This document shows, piece after piece, positions 8,629 to 16,581 of a DNA stretch of 49,724 nucleotides (position 1 is the stretch's first letter; every line of letters starts with the position of its first letter). This stretch comes from Candidatus Iainarchaeum sp. (GTDB lineage: Archaea; Iainarchaeota; Iainarchaeia; Iainarchaeales; JAFCCJ01): NCBI GenBank assembly GCA_017610305.1, contig JAFCCJ010000002.1:1-49724 (forward strand). Direction: 5' to 3'. A program made the position numbers and the translations under genes. The notes beneath the pieces were generated by a model. It was not told the origin of the DNA, did not search any database, and saw only the letters and a list, made by a program, of their open reading frames with translations.

Positions 8629-9381
8629 CTAAATGTTTATTACCTTGTCAAAGCAAGAGGCAATAGCTGCTTTATGGGCGGTGTCCCCTTCGCCGGAATC
8701 AACTGCGATAAAGGCTACACAGAAATTATTCCTACCTCCTTGGGAAATTATAGAGTGAATAAACTTTTCAATGGTTTTTTGATCATGATAGGTAGAAAGT
8801 GCGGCAAGGGAATCTAGTATCACAAACAGATTTTTAGATTCGGCCTTTTCGATATTAATTGCAAACTCGCTCAGATTTTTAACATCAACTATTTGGCCCT
8901 GTTCATTTACCGTATTTGAATCTATGAAGGTAACGCCACTAACATCCCCGCCGGCCTCTCCCATCAATTCCTTAACCTTGCTACCAGACTTATTTACCGC
9001 AAAATAAAGTATTTTTTTCCCTTTTTTATGGGAATATTCAGTGAGGCCAAAGCTTGCTTTTGCATATGATTCAACAGTAGTCAGGAGTAAAATGCTGCAG
9101 GGGCTATCCAAATTTCCTAACTCCGTTTCAAGCCTTTCTAATGTTTCAGAATACACGGCAGATATTTTTTCCTTATCTTCGCCGATTTTTTCGGCAATGC
9201 TGACCAATTCATCAGCAACCGCGGCATGGCGCAGCTCATCCTCCGCAATCTTTTTAATCGGCCGGGAGATATCCTCACGAGTTATTTTCTCAAGATTTGC
9301 GAAGTAGAAATCATGTGCCTGATTTTCCATAGCGCTTATTTCCTTAAATCTATCCAATAATGTTTTCTTTGATTCCGACAC
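8629..9381 (-). CDS. Two-domain protein: N-terminal ferritin/rubrerythrin-like helical segment plus a C-terminal KaiC/RecA-fold-like domain with no recognisable Walker A
   Basis: The N-terminus reads MENQAHDFYF...EDELRHAAVADEL. The C-terminal pattern (ILLLT...ILYFAVN...FIDS...VILDSLAAL...) resembles degenerate KaiC-like modules. GTG start overlaps the upstream stop by 1 nt. Confidence 0.45.
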   Translation of the reverse strand: MSESKKTLLDRFKEISAMENQAHDFYFANLEKITREDISRPIKKIAEDELRHAAVADELVSIAEKIGEDKEKISAVYSETLERLETELGNLDSPCSILLLTTVESYAKASFGLTEYSHKKGKKILYFAVNKSGSKVKELMGEAGGDVSGVTFIDSNTVNEQGQIVDVKNLSEFAINIEKAESKNLFVILDSLAALSTYHDQKTIEKFIHSIISQGGRNNFCVAFIAVDSGEGDTAHKAAIASCFDKVINI

Positions 9382-9638
9382 TATTGCACCAGCTCCCTTG
9401 TCAATTTAGAAAATATTTTCTGGTGTTTCTGAGTTTCACTTAAAAGAAATTTAAGCCTTGATAGAATTTCTTCCTTGGTTCTTGGCTCAATATCGGAGTT
9501 CATAACTTGGTTAAGGGCGAGGGAGATGTTAATAGCTACATCGACCTCCTCAATTGCGATGGCATCTGTAAGAAATCTTAACAATTTATTGTTATCCATT
9601 ACAATAGAAACGATGTTAGTTTTTATAATTCTTTTCAA
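9381..9638 (-). CDS. Small helical protein, unknown function, co-operonic with 8629-9381
   Basis: 85-aa ORF whose stop overlaps the downstream start. Confidence 0.45.
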   Translation of the reverse strand: MKRIIKTNIVSIVMDNNKLLRFLTDAIAIEEVDVAINISLALNQVMNSDIEPRTKEEILSRLKFLLSETQKHQKIFSKLTRELVQ

Positions 9639-9717
9639 TTAGGATTGCGCTCATTGATAGGATATCTGTTAAAACAACGCATTTAGCCTTAAATATATCC
9701 TGTATTAAGAATTTCTT

Positions 9718-9966
9718 ATGTCTGAGGCTCTGAACGAGATTTTTCTTAAAATGGTCGAATTCCAGAAAAACCATATTTGGCCAATTCTATTTATGATGCG
9801 GATAATTACGGGTTTTTTCCTGTTTCATGCCCTTAGGCTTGAGGTTGACCCCACAATGGATTTTGCCCTCGAATCTAAGGATGATTTCCAACGCAAGAAA
9901 AGCCAGGGGCAAACCTGGATTGTGAATAAGATAAATTTTAATATTAGAAAGTACACAGATAACTAA
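9718..9966 (+). CDS. Hypothetical small protein with one hydrophobic segment
   Basis: 82-aa ORF. TTAAATATAT lies about 20-28 nt upstream of the ATG (leaderless geometry). Its stop is 1 nt before the next start. Confidence 0.4.
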   Translation: MSEALNEIFLKMVEFQKNHIWPILFMMRIITGFFLFHALRLEVDPTMDFALESKDDFQRKKSQGQTWIVNKINFNIRKYTDN

Positions 9967-9967
9967 T

Positions 9968-10450
9968 ATGTTTGGACTTGGGCCCGGGAAAATAGAAATT
10001 AAGGTTAATAAAACCGACTTCAAGCCAGGGGAAACCATTGAAGGGACCTTAACACTAATTGTAAAAAAGCAGGTTAAGGCAAGGGCAGTTAAGATTGCAC
10101 TTATCGGGGAACGGCGCTCGATGGTAAGTGGAGGAATCCAGATGGGAAGCGGGCCCTCAACAATGCATAACCGAAGCAAAACCTACAGGATTTGCAACAT
10201 AGTGCAGGAACTTGACGGGGAAAAGGAATACCCCGCAACACAGCTGCCCAATGTTTATCCATTTAAAATTAAGATTCCTGAGGATGTTATGGGAAAGGAA
10301 TATGGGAATGATGGTGCCGGACAGATTTTGGGCGCAATGCAGGCTTTCAAAAATTTTGGCTCAAGAACAATATGGTTCCTCCATGCAAAACTCGATGTCC
10401 CGATGGGAATGGACGTTAATAAAAATCTCAAGTTAAACATTACGAAATAG
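9968..10450 (+). CDS. Arrestin-N/Spo0M-like beta-sandwich protein
   Basis: The N-terminus KIEIKVNKTDFKPGETIEGTLTLIVKKQVKARAVKIALIGER is the pattern seen in SpoOM/arrestin-like domains. Confidence 0.5.
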   Translation: MFGLGPGKIEIKVNKTDFKPGETIEGTLTLIVKKQVKARAVKIALIGERRSMVSGGIQMGSGPSTMHNRSKTYRICNIVQELDGEKEYPATQLPNVYPFKIKIPEDVMGKEYGNDGAGQILGAMQAFKNFGSRTIWFLHAKLDVPMGMDVNKNLKLNITK

Positions 10451-10452
10451 AA

Positions 10453-10527
10453 AGCCTCGAGAGGGATTTGAACCCTCGACCCCCTGCTTACGAGGCAGGT
10501 GCTCTAGCCAGGCTGAGCTACCGAGGC
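10453..10527 (-). tRNA. tRNA-Thr (anticodon CGU), no intron, no encoded CCA
   Basis: The reverse complement is GCCTCGGTAGCTCAGCCTGGCTAGAGCACCTGCCTCGTAAGCAGGGGGTCGAGGGTTCAAATCCCTCTCGAGGCT. It folds as a cloverleaf with a 7-bp acceptor stem, anticodon stem CCTGC/GCAGG, loop CTCGTAA and T-loop TTCAAAT. Confidence 0.9.
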
Positions 10528-10566
10528 GCTGATAACTTAAAGAACTAGGATGTTAATTAAATTTCC

Positions 10567-11037
10567 CTAATGCCTATTTCTTCTTATTATAAGCCTAGAA
10601 TTTGCGCCAGGGAGTTTAGAGATTTTGAATTCCTTAATTGGGCTGCCCTCTTGGGTTTTTTTTGATGCCTTTAAAAGCAGTGAACGCACAGCGGTTGTGG
10701 CTACTCCAAAATCAACCTCCCAATGTTGTCTTTTTTTGGCTTCCTTTGCCAGCTCATGAACAAGATCCTGCCCATAACCTTTTCCCCTTTCATCTCCTTT
10801 CAAATAGACTCCGGCATAAACAAATTTCTGTCTCCCTTTATCTTCTCTGAAACCAATATATCCTATAACTTCATTATTCTTTATTATTGCTATAGACCCT
10901 CCTTTTTTTAGTTCAGCCATTGTTTTCGTTTGTTTTTCTCCGATCTCATTAGCCGCAAGACTTCGAAGATTAACCAACTGCGATAAATTGGATTCATTAA
11001 GATTTTCAGACAAATTGAATTCAATTTTCTCCGCCAT
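10567..11037 (-). CDS. GNAT-family N-acetyltransferase
   Basis: Acetyl-CoA-binding motif A is RGKGYGQDLVHELAKEAKK. Size is 156 aa. Confidence 0.6.
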   Translation of the reverse strand: MAEKIEFNLSENLNESNLSQLVNLRSLAANEIGEKQTKTMAELKKGGSIAIIKNNEVIGYIGFREDKGRQKFVYAGVYLKGDERGKGYGQDLVHELAKEAKKRQHWEVDFGVATTAVRSLLLKASKKTQEGSPIKEFKISKLPGANSRLIIRRNRH

Positions 11038-11058
11038 TATGATTCCTCAGCTGAAAAA

Positions 11059-12555
11059 TTAAATTTCCTTTATCGTCGTTTTTCCGAGATGGAGTTTCCA
11101 GAGGAGTTCTGGGAGTGTGTCTATTTTCACCCTTTTTTGTTCCATTGAGTTTCTCTCCCGCAGGGTTACTGTGCCGTCTTTCATTGTGTCATAATCAACT
11201 GTAATCACATAGGGAACACCAATCTCATCCACGCGGGCATACCTTTTCCCAATACTCCCCTTCTCATCATAATAAGAATCAAACTCATAGCTGTTCAGCA
11301 ATTGGTAGAGTTCCTCTGCCTTTTCCTTTATCCCGTCCTTTTTTACAAGCGGAAAAACCGCAACTAAATAGGGCGCAATCCTTGGATTTAAATCAAGGAA
11401 ACTCCTTTCCTCAGGCCCCCGCTTTTCCTTTTTGAATGCATTGTCAAGGAGAACATAAAAAGTTCGGTCAATTCCTGCCGAGATTTCAAAAACATGAGGC
11501 ATGAATTTCTTCCCGTTTTCTACAACGGAAAGGTCCTGTTTGCTTCCGGCAGAATGGCCTTTCAAATCATAATCGGTCCTGTAATTGTTTGCGATTAATT
11601 CAATCCAGCCCAAATCGGTTTCAATCTCAAAGTCCCAGGTTTCCTTTGCGTAAAAGGCCCTTTCATCATCATCCAATTCCCTGAACCTGATTTTTTCGGT
11701 TGGGATCCCGTATCTTTCATATAATTGCTGCACCCTTGCAAGGTAATATGCAACCAACTTTCCTGAGACGATTTTCTTTTTCACCGCATCACTGCATTTC
11801 ACTTTTGAAACTTTTCCGTCTTTCAGAAGCATGAGATTTAATTTGTAATCCTTAACATCATCAAACTTCTCAAAATCATTTATCTTATCAGGGTCGAAGA
11901 AGATTTCTATTTCCATCTGCCCAAGCTCACGTTCCCTCAGCAAAGTGTTTCTTGGGGCAATCTCATTCCTGAAAGAGGCACCGGCCTGCGCAATTCCCAG
12001 AGGCAGGGTTTGCCTTGAGGTCTTGTAAACCCGCGCGAAATCCAGGAAAATACTCTGGCAGGTTTCAGGACGCAGGTAGGATGTTAAATCACCAGTTGCA
12101 CCAATATTAACTTTCATCATCATATTGAATGTTTTTACCTTATCCAGTTGGTCAGATTTGCATTTCGGGCATTTCACATTGTGTTTTTTAATAAGTGAAT
12201 CCAGTTCAGGGGTTGACATGCTTTCAGGAACTATGCCCTTTGTGACATCGGCAATAATCTTATCGGCCCTGTTAAGGGATTTGCATTTATTGCACTGCAC
12301 AATAGGGTCATTGAAGCTGTCCAGATGGCCGGAAGCCTTAAACACCGCTTCAGGCAATATCTGGGCGCCGTAAATCTCAACAAAATGCTCCTTTTCCACC
12401 AATTCATTGCGCCAGAATTCAACAATCTTTCTCCTTATGGTTTCCCCATCAGGCCCGAAATCCCAGAATCCGGAAGGGGAATTGGGGTAAATCTCTGCCG
12501 CAGGATAGAACAGGCCCCGTCTTAGGGCGAGATTTATGATTTCTTCTTTCGGCAT
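11059..12555 (-). CDS. glyS: Glycine--tRNA ligase (archaeal/eukaryotic dimeric type)
   Basis: The N-terminus is RRGLFYPAAEIYPNSPSGFWDFGPDGETIRRKI. Class II motifs include FRNEIAPR, and there is a C-terminal anticodon-binding domain. Size is 498 aa. Confidence 0.9.
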   Translation of the reverse strand: MPKEEIINLALRRGLFYPAAEIYPNSPSGFWDFGPDGETIRRKIVEFWRNELVEKEHFVEIYGAQILPEAVFKASGHLDSFNDPIVQCNKCKSLNRADKIIADVTKGIVPESMSTPELDSLIKKHNVKCPKCKSDQLDKVKTFNMMMKVNIGATGDLTSYLRPETCQSIFLDFARVYKTSRQTLPLGIAQAGASFRNEIAPRNTLLRERELGQMEIEIFFDPDKINDFEKFDDVKDYKLNLMLLKDGKVSKVKCSDAVKKKIVSGKLVAYYLARVQQLYERYGIPTEKIRFRELDDDERAFYAKETWDFEIETDLGWIELIANNYRTDYDLKGHSAGSKQDLSVVENGKKFMPHVFEISAGIDRTFYVLLDNAFKKEKRGPEERSFLDLNPRIAPYLVAVFPLVKKDGIKEKAEELYQLLNSYEFDSYYDEKGSIGKRYARVDEIGVPYVITVDYDTMKDGTVTLRERNSMEQKRVKIDTLPELLWKLHLGKTTIKEI

Positions 12556-12625
12556 TTATGCACCTAATTAACTAGTTTTGATAGTATTTATAAACAATTC
12601 TTCGGTTAATAAATAACGTGATTTC

Positions 12626-13549
12626 ATGGACAAAATAGCCGCTTTAAGGAGAAAACTGATAAAATCCACCAAAGAGAAGGTTAAGGAGCATTATTCGGGC
12701 AAGGACGTCCATTTGATAAAATCCATCAATTTGATGGATGATTTGGACTCTGTTTTCAATTTACTGGCTGAACAGCTAATTGAGTGGTATGGGGTCCATT
12801 TCCCTGAATTGAATTCAGTTGCAAAGGACAATGAGCAATATTTGAAACTGGCATATGAACTCGGGGGCAGGAAGGAATTTACCGAGAAAAAAGTGGCAGA
12901 ATGGGTAAAGGGCAAGGATGATCTGAAAAGGATTGTTGAAGCCGCCAAGAAATCCAATGGTGCCGCGGTTGAGGATTCTGATTTGGGGGAAATTAAACTC
13001 CTTGCATTGAATGCGTTGAATTTGAAGGAAGAAAGAACTTATTTAGGGAAGTATATTGAGAAGGGGATGAATAAAGCACTCCCGAATTTTACAGCACTTG
13101 CAGGGCCATTTATCGGTGCAAGGCTTCTTGCAAAGGCAGGGTCCTCAAAAAAACTTGCATTTATGCCTGCCTCAACCATCCAGGTTTTGGGGGCTGAGAA
13201 GGCATTATTTTTGCATTTGAAAAAGGGCTCAAAAGGTCCAAAATATGGTTTCCTTTACTCCCACCCACTTGTAAAGCAGGTAAAGCCATGGAACAGGGGA
13301 AAGGTGGCAAGGAGTTTGGCCGCAAAACTTTCGATTGCGGTAAAAGGCGATTATTTTGGAAAGAAGAATATTTCTGATGGGCTGAAGAAGGATTTGGAGA
13401 AAAGGCTTAAGGATATTGAGAAAAATAACGGCCCTAAAAAATCCGGAAAACCAGATAAAAGGCCGGATAGGAAATTTAAACCCGGGCAAGATATGAAATT
13501 TAAGCCAAGGCCAAATAATAAATTTAGAAATAAACCAAAGAAGAGATAA
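12626..13549 (+). CDS. nop5: C/D box sRNP core protein Nop5 (Nop56/58 family), apparently lacking the N-terminal fibrillarin-binding domain, with a Lys-rich tail
   Basis: A NOSIC-type motif LIEWYGVHFPEL sits at residues 51-62. The Nop domain reads GARLLAKAGSSKKLAFMPASTIQVLGAEKALF...PKYGFLYSHP. It lies immediately upstream of fibrillarin. Confidence 0.85.
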   Translation: MDKIAALRRKLIKSTKEKVKEHYSGKDVHLIKSINLMDDLDSVFNLLAEQLIEWYGVHFPELNSVAKDNEQYLKLAYELGGRKEFTEKKVAEWVKGKDDLKRIVEAAKKSNGAAVEDSDLGEIKLLALNALNLKEERTYLGKYIEKGMNKALPNFTALAGPFIGARLLAKAGSSKKLAFMPASTIQVLGAEKALFLHLKKGSKGPKYGFLYSHPLVKQVKPWNRGKVARSLAAKLSIAVKGDYFGKKNISDGLKKDLEKRLKDIEKNNGPKKSGKPDKRPDRKFKPGQDMKFKPRPNNKFRNKPKKR

Positions 13550-13550
13550 A

Positions 13551-14222
13551 ATGTCCCAGCTTAAGGAAATTTTTCCAGGAGTTTACGAATTCGGAAAATT
13601 CATCCTCACTAAAAATCTTACTCCTGGGAAAAAGGTTTATGGCGAGGAACATATTTCTATCGAGGGAATTGAATACCGGGTTTGGGATCCCTTCAGGAGC
13701 AAGTTGGGTGCTGCCATAAAAAAAGGCCTTAGGGAAATGCCGATTAAGGAAGGAAGCATTGTCCTTTACTTGGGAGCTGCGGAAGGGACAACCATTTCAC
13801 ATGTTTCAGATATTGTGGGAAAAGAGGGTGTTGTTTTTGGCGTTGATATCAGCGCACGGGCCATGCAAAAATTCATTTACCTTTGCGAGGACAGGGAGAA
13901 CATTGTTCCGATACTGGCTGATGGGAATCTGCCACACAGCTACAAAGAGGCAATGAGCGGTTACAGACCTGATGTGATTTTCCAGGATGTTTCACAGAAA
14001 AACCAGGCCCAGATTTTCCTGAAAAACAGCAGAATGCACCTTAAGATGGATGGATGGGGAATGCTGACCGTTAAGGCGCGTTCAATAAGCGCACAGGGGA
14101 GTGCGAAAGATTTATATGCTGGAGAAACTAAACAATTAGAAAACGAATTTGATTTAAAAGAGGTAATTTCATTGGAACCATTTGAGAAGGAACATGCAAT
14201 GGCTGTTGGAAGGAGGAAATGA
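13551..14222 (+). CDS. flpA: Fibrillarin-like rRNA/tRNA 2'-O-methyltransferase
   Basis: YRVWDPFRSKLGAAI and SAM motif VLYLGAAEGTTISHVSDIV, plus ADG/DV motifs. Size is 223 aa. Confidence 0.9.
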   Translation: MSQLKEIFPGVYEFGKFILTKNLTPGKKVYGEEHISIEGIEYRVWDPFRSKLGAAIKKGLREMPIKEGSIVLYLGAAEGTTISHVSDIVGKEGVVFGVDISARAMQKFIYLCEDRENIVPILADGNLPHSYKEAMSGYRPDVIFQDVSQKNQAQIFLKNSRMHLKMDGWGMLTVKARSISAQGSAKDLYAGETKQLENEFDLKEVISLEPFEKEHAMAVGRRK

Positions 14223-14223
14223 C

Positions 14224-15063
14224 ATGAATGCAAAGGCATTCGCACCTGCACACCTTACCGGGTTTTTTAAGATTTATTCTGATGGCTCAACAGGGGCCGG
14301 AGTTAATTTGGATGAAGGGGTTACCACTAGAGTTACTGTTAGGGATGGTCGATGGACCAATATTTTCATTAATGGAAAGGTTGTTGAGGCCCCTGCTTCG
14401 CTACATGTGGTGAAAAGGTTCAAGAAGCATCTTCCTGAAAATGTTAAAATCAGCGTAAGGCACAAAAGCCCGCTTCCCTTTGGTTATGGCCTGGGCTTGA
14501 GCGGTGCCGCCGCATATTCACTTGCCCTTGCATTAAATGAGGCCCTTGAAATGGATTTGACTGAAAGGGTCTGCAGGATGATTGCGCATGAAGCCGAAAT
14601 TAAGGCAGAAACCGGTTTGGGGGATGTGATTGCACAGCAATATGCCGGTTTGCTTGTGGGGAAAAAACCCTACCCTTCCCAGTATGCAATGGAAATTCCG
14701 ATTAAGGAGAAATATGTTGTCCTTGGATTTTTTGATGAGCTTGATACTGCCAAAATAATCAAAAGTGATTCCTGGAAGAAGAAGATTAATGAAGTTGGGG
14801 GTAAATGCATGGAGGAATTTCTGGAAAAGAAAACAGCCGCCAATTTTATGCATTTAAGCAGGTTTTTCACCAACCAGGTTGGGCTGGCCAATGAAAAGGT
14901 GAGAGAAATGATGGATATTATGCCAAATACTGCACAGGCAATGCTTGGGCAGACTATTTTTACAATAACTGATGAGCCCAGGACAACAAGAAGGGAATTC
15001 TCAAGGTATACTTCCAGGGTCAGGGTCTGTGAGCTTGCTGAAGAGGGAGCCCATCTCCTATGA
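14224..15063 (+). CDS. Pantoate kinase (GHMP-kinase family, archaeal CoA pathway)
   Basis: The N-terminus is AFAPAHLTGFF. GHMP motif PFGYGLGLSGAAA. It overlaps the phosphopantothenate synthetase gene by 4 nt. The ATG at 14224 is preferred over the ORF-track start at 14182, which overlaps fibrillarin. Confidence 0.75.
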   Translation: MNAKAFAPAHLTGFFKIYSDGSTGAGVNLDEGVTTRVTVRDGRWTNIFINGKVVEAPASLHVVKRFKKHLPENVKISVRHKSPLPFGYGLGLSGAAAYSLALALNEALEMDLTERVCRMIAHEAEIKAETGLGDVIAQQYAGLLVGKKPYPSQYAMEIPIKEKYVVLGFFDELDTAKIIKSDSWKKKINEVGGKCMEEFLEKKTAANFMHLSRFFTNQVGLANEKVREMMDIMPNTAQAMLGQTIFTITDEPRTTRREFSRYTSRVRVCELAEEGAHLL

Positions 15064-15791
15064 AAATTCCCAAAAAACATCCCCGCTCTAAATCACTAAT
15101 TGAAAGGCATAAAATCGAGGAAGGGATGAAAAAGGGGATTGTAACCCCGACAGGAATGATTGCACAAGGTCGGGGAGAGGCATTTGATTATTTGCTTGGG
15201 GAGAGGACAATTGCCCCTGCACAAAAAGCAATTAAAGCAGCTGCTGCTCTGCTTCTGCTTGCAAAATTCCCTGTTATTTCTGTGAATGGAAATACAACTG
15301 TTTTATGCGGGAATGAAACTGTTGCACTTGCGAAATCACTTGGTTGTGAGATTGAGGTCAACCTTTTCTATCGTTCACAAAAAAGAGAAAAATTAATTGA
15401 GAAAGAGTTTCAAAGATCGGGTGTTGGGATTTTGGGAGTTAATCCAAAAAAGAAACTTAAGGGAATTTCTTCAAAAAGGGCAATGGTTGATGCAAAGGGT
15501 ATTTGGAAATCTGATTGTGTTCTTGTAATGCTTGAGGATGGGGACCGGACTGAAGTATTGAGAAAGAACGGGAAAAAGGTTGTTGCAATTGATTTAAACC
15601 CTTTAAGCAGGACCGCTAAAAAGGGGAATATTACGATTATTGATAATTGCACCCGCGCCGTTCCTTTGCTCACAAAAGAAATCAGGAAATTGAAAAAAAA
15701 GAATGATTCGGAATTGAGAAGGATTATTAAGGGGTTTAACAATAATAAAAACCTTAGGCAATGCGTGAATTGCATCAAGAAAGGTGTTTGA
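15060..15791 (+). CDS. 4-phosphopantoate--beta-alanine ligase (archaeal phosphopantothenate synthetase, COG1701-like)
   Basis: HPRSKSLIERHKI...GIVTPTGMIAQGRGEAFDYLLGE is characteristic of this family. ATGA overlap with pantoate kinase. Confidence 0.75.
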   Translation: MKIPKKHPRSKSLIERHKIEEGMKKGIVTPTGMIAQGRGEAFDYLLGERTIAPAQKAIKAAAALLLLAKFPVISVNGNTTVLCGNETVALAKSLGCEIEVNLFYRSQKREKLIEKEFQRSGVGILGVNPKKKLKGISSKRAMVDAKGIWKSDCVLVMLEDGDRTEVLRKNGKKVVAIDLNPLSRTAKKGNITIIDNCTRAVPLLTKEIRKLKKKNDSELRRIIKGFNNNKNLRQCVNCIKKGV

Positions 15792-15794
15792 TTA

Positions 15795-16349
15795 ATGAGT
15801 GAATTGAGAAGGCAATTGATCCATGTTGTTGCGGGGAGCACAGTTATTTGGTGTGTGCTTTTTTTGGGGAGAATTAATGCCCTGCTGCTTGCCTCACTTA
15901 TTTTTTTGCTTGGGCTGATAATTTCAATCCTGTTAAAGTGGGGCTATAAGATTCCGATTGCGTCAGATTTGGTGAAGGTTGCGGGAAGGGATAAGGAGAA
16001 GCAATTTCCCGCAATTGGTGCGCTTATGTTCTTCTCAGGGATTATTTTAACCATGGCCTTTTTCCAGGATATGGGGGTAATACTTGGTGCTTTGATTGTT
16101 GCCGTTTATGGTGATGGCGCTTCCACTTTAATTGGAAAAGCAATCGGCAGCATAAAAACCATCGGCGGCCTTACTCTGGAGGGAACTGTTGGGGGGATGA
16201 TTGTTTCCTATCTTTTATTGACGGGAATATTTAATTTAGTTCCGGCACTGGGGGCGGCAATCTTCGGAATGCTCTCAGAAATGCTCCCAATTGACGATAA
16301 TCTGAGCATACCAATTGTTACCGCAATTGTGCTTTCAATACTAATATAA
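15795..16349 (+). CDS. Polyprenol/dolichol-kinase-like membrane protein (cytidylyltransferase superfamily)
   Basis: 184 aa with about 5-6 TM segments. YGDGASTLIGKAIG resembles the CTP-site motif of dolichol/phytol kinases and CDS enzymes. Confidence 0.5.
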   Translation: MSELRRQLIHVVAGSTVIWCVLFLGRINALLLASLIFLLGLIISILLKWGYKIPIASDLVKVAGRDKEKQFPAIGALMFFSGIILTMAFFQDMGVILGALIVAVYGDGASTLIGKAIGSIKTIGGLTLEGTVGGMIVSYLLLTGIFNLVPALGAAIFGMLSEMLPIDDNLSIPIVTAIVLSILI

Positions 16350-16377
16350 GGTTTTGCGGGGAATTTTCTGTATTAAC

Positions 16378-16481
16378 GGACGGGTAGCCTAGTCTGGATA
16401 GGGCAACTGCCTCCTACCTTCTTTGTGATTAATGAGAAGGGTGTAAGCAGTAGGTCGGCGGTTCGAATCCGCCCCCGTCCG
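16378..16481 (+). tRNA. tRNA-Arg (anticodon CCU) with a 29-nt intron at the canonical 37/38 position (intron 16417-16445)
   Basis: Acceptor GGACGGG/CCCGTCC, D-arm GCCT..GGGC, anticodon stem ACTGC/GCAGT, loop CT-CCT-A|intron|A and T-arm GGCGG-TTCGAAT-CCGCC. The intron forms a CCTTCT/AGAAGG helix, and the BHB-like 3-nt bulges are TA|C and TA|A. Confidence 0.85.
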
Positions 16482-16482
16482 C

Positions 16483-16494
16483 TTTCTCTTTTTT
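16483..16494 (+). terminator. Oligo-T tract directly after tRNA-Arg (archaeal-type terminator signal)
   Basis: TTTCTCTTTTTT begins 2 nt after the discriminator base. Confidence 0.35.
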
Positions 16495-16581
16495 GACCAA
16501 AAACCACTAAATGGCAAACAGCGATTCCCTATCCGTACAATCAACGAAATCTATTTAAACTCTAAAGCTGTAAATTATTGC

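Noticed and set aside
9787-10179. The 130-aa minus-strand ORF overlapping 9718-9966 and 9968-10450.
   Set aside because: It overlaps the arrestin-like gene, which has a recognisable domain pattern, and it lacks a promoter-like element.
14670-15841. Minus-strand ORFs 14670-15080 and 15410-15841.
   Set aside because: They are antisense to pantoate kinase and phosphopantothenate synthetase, both of which have clear family motifs.
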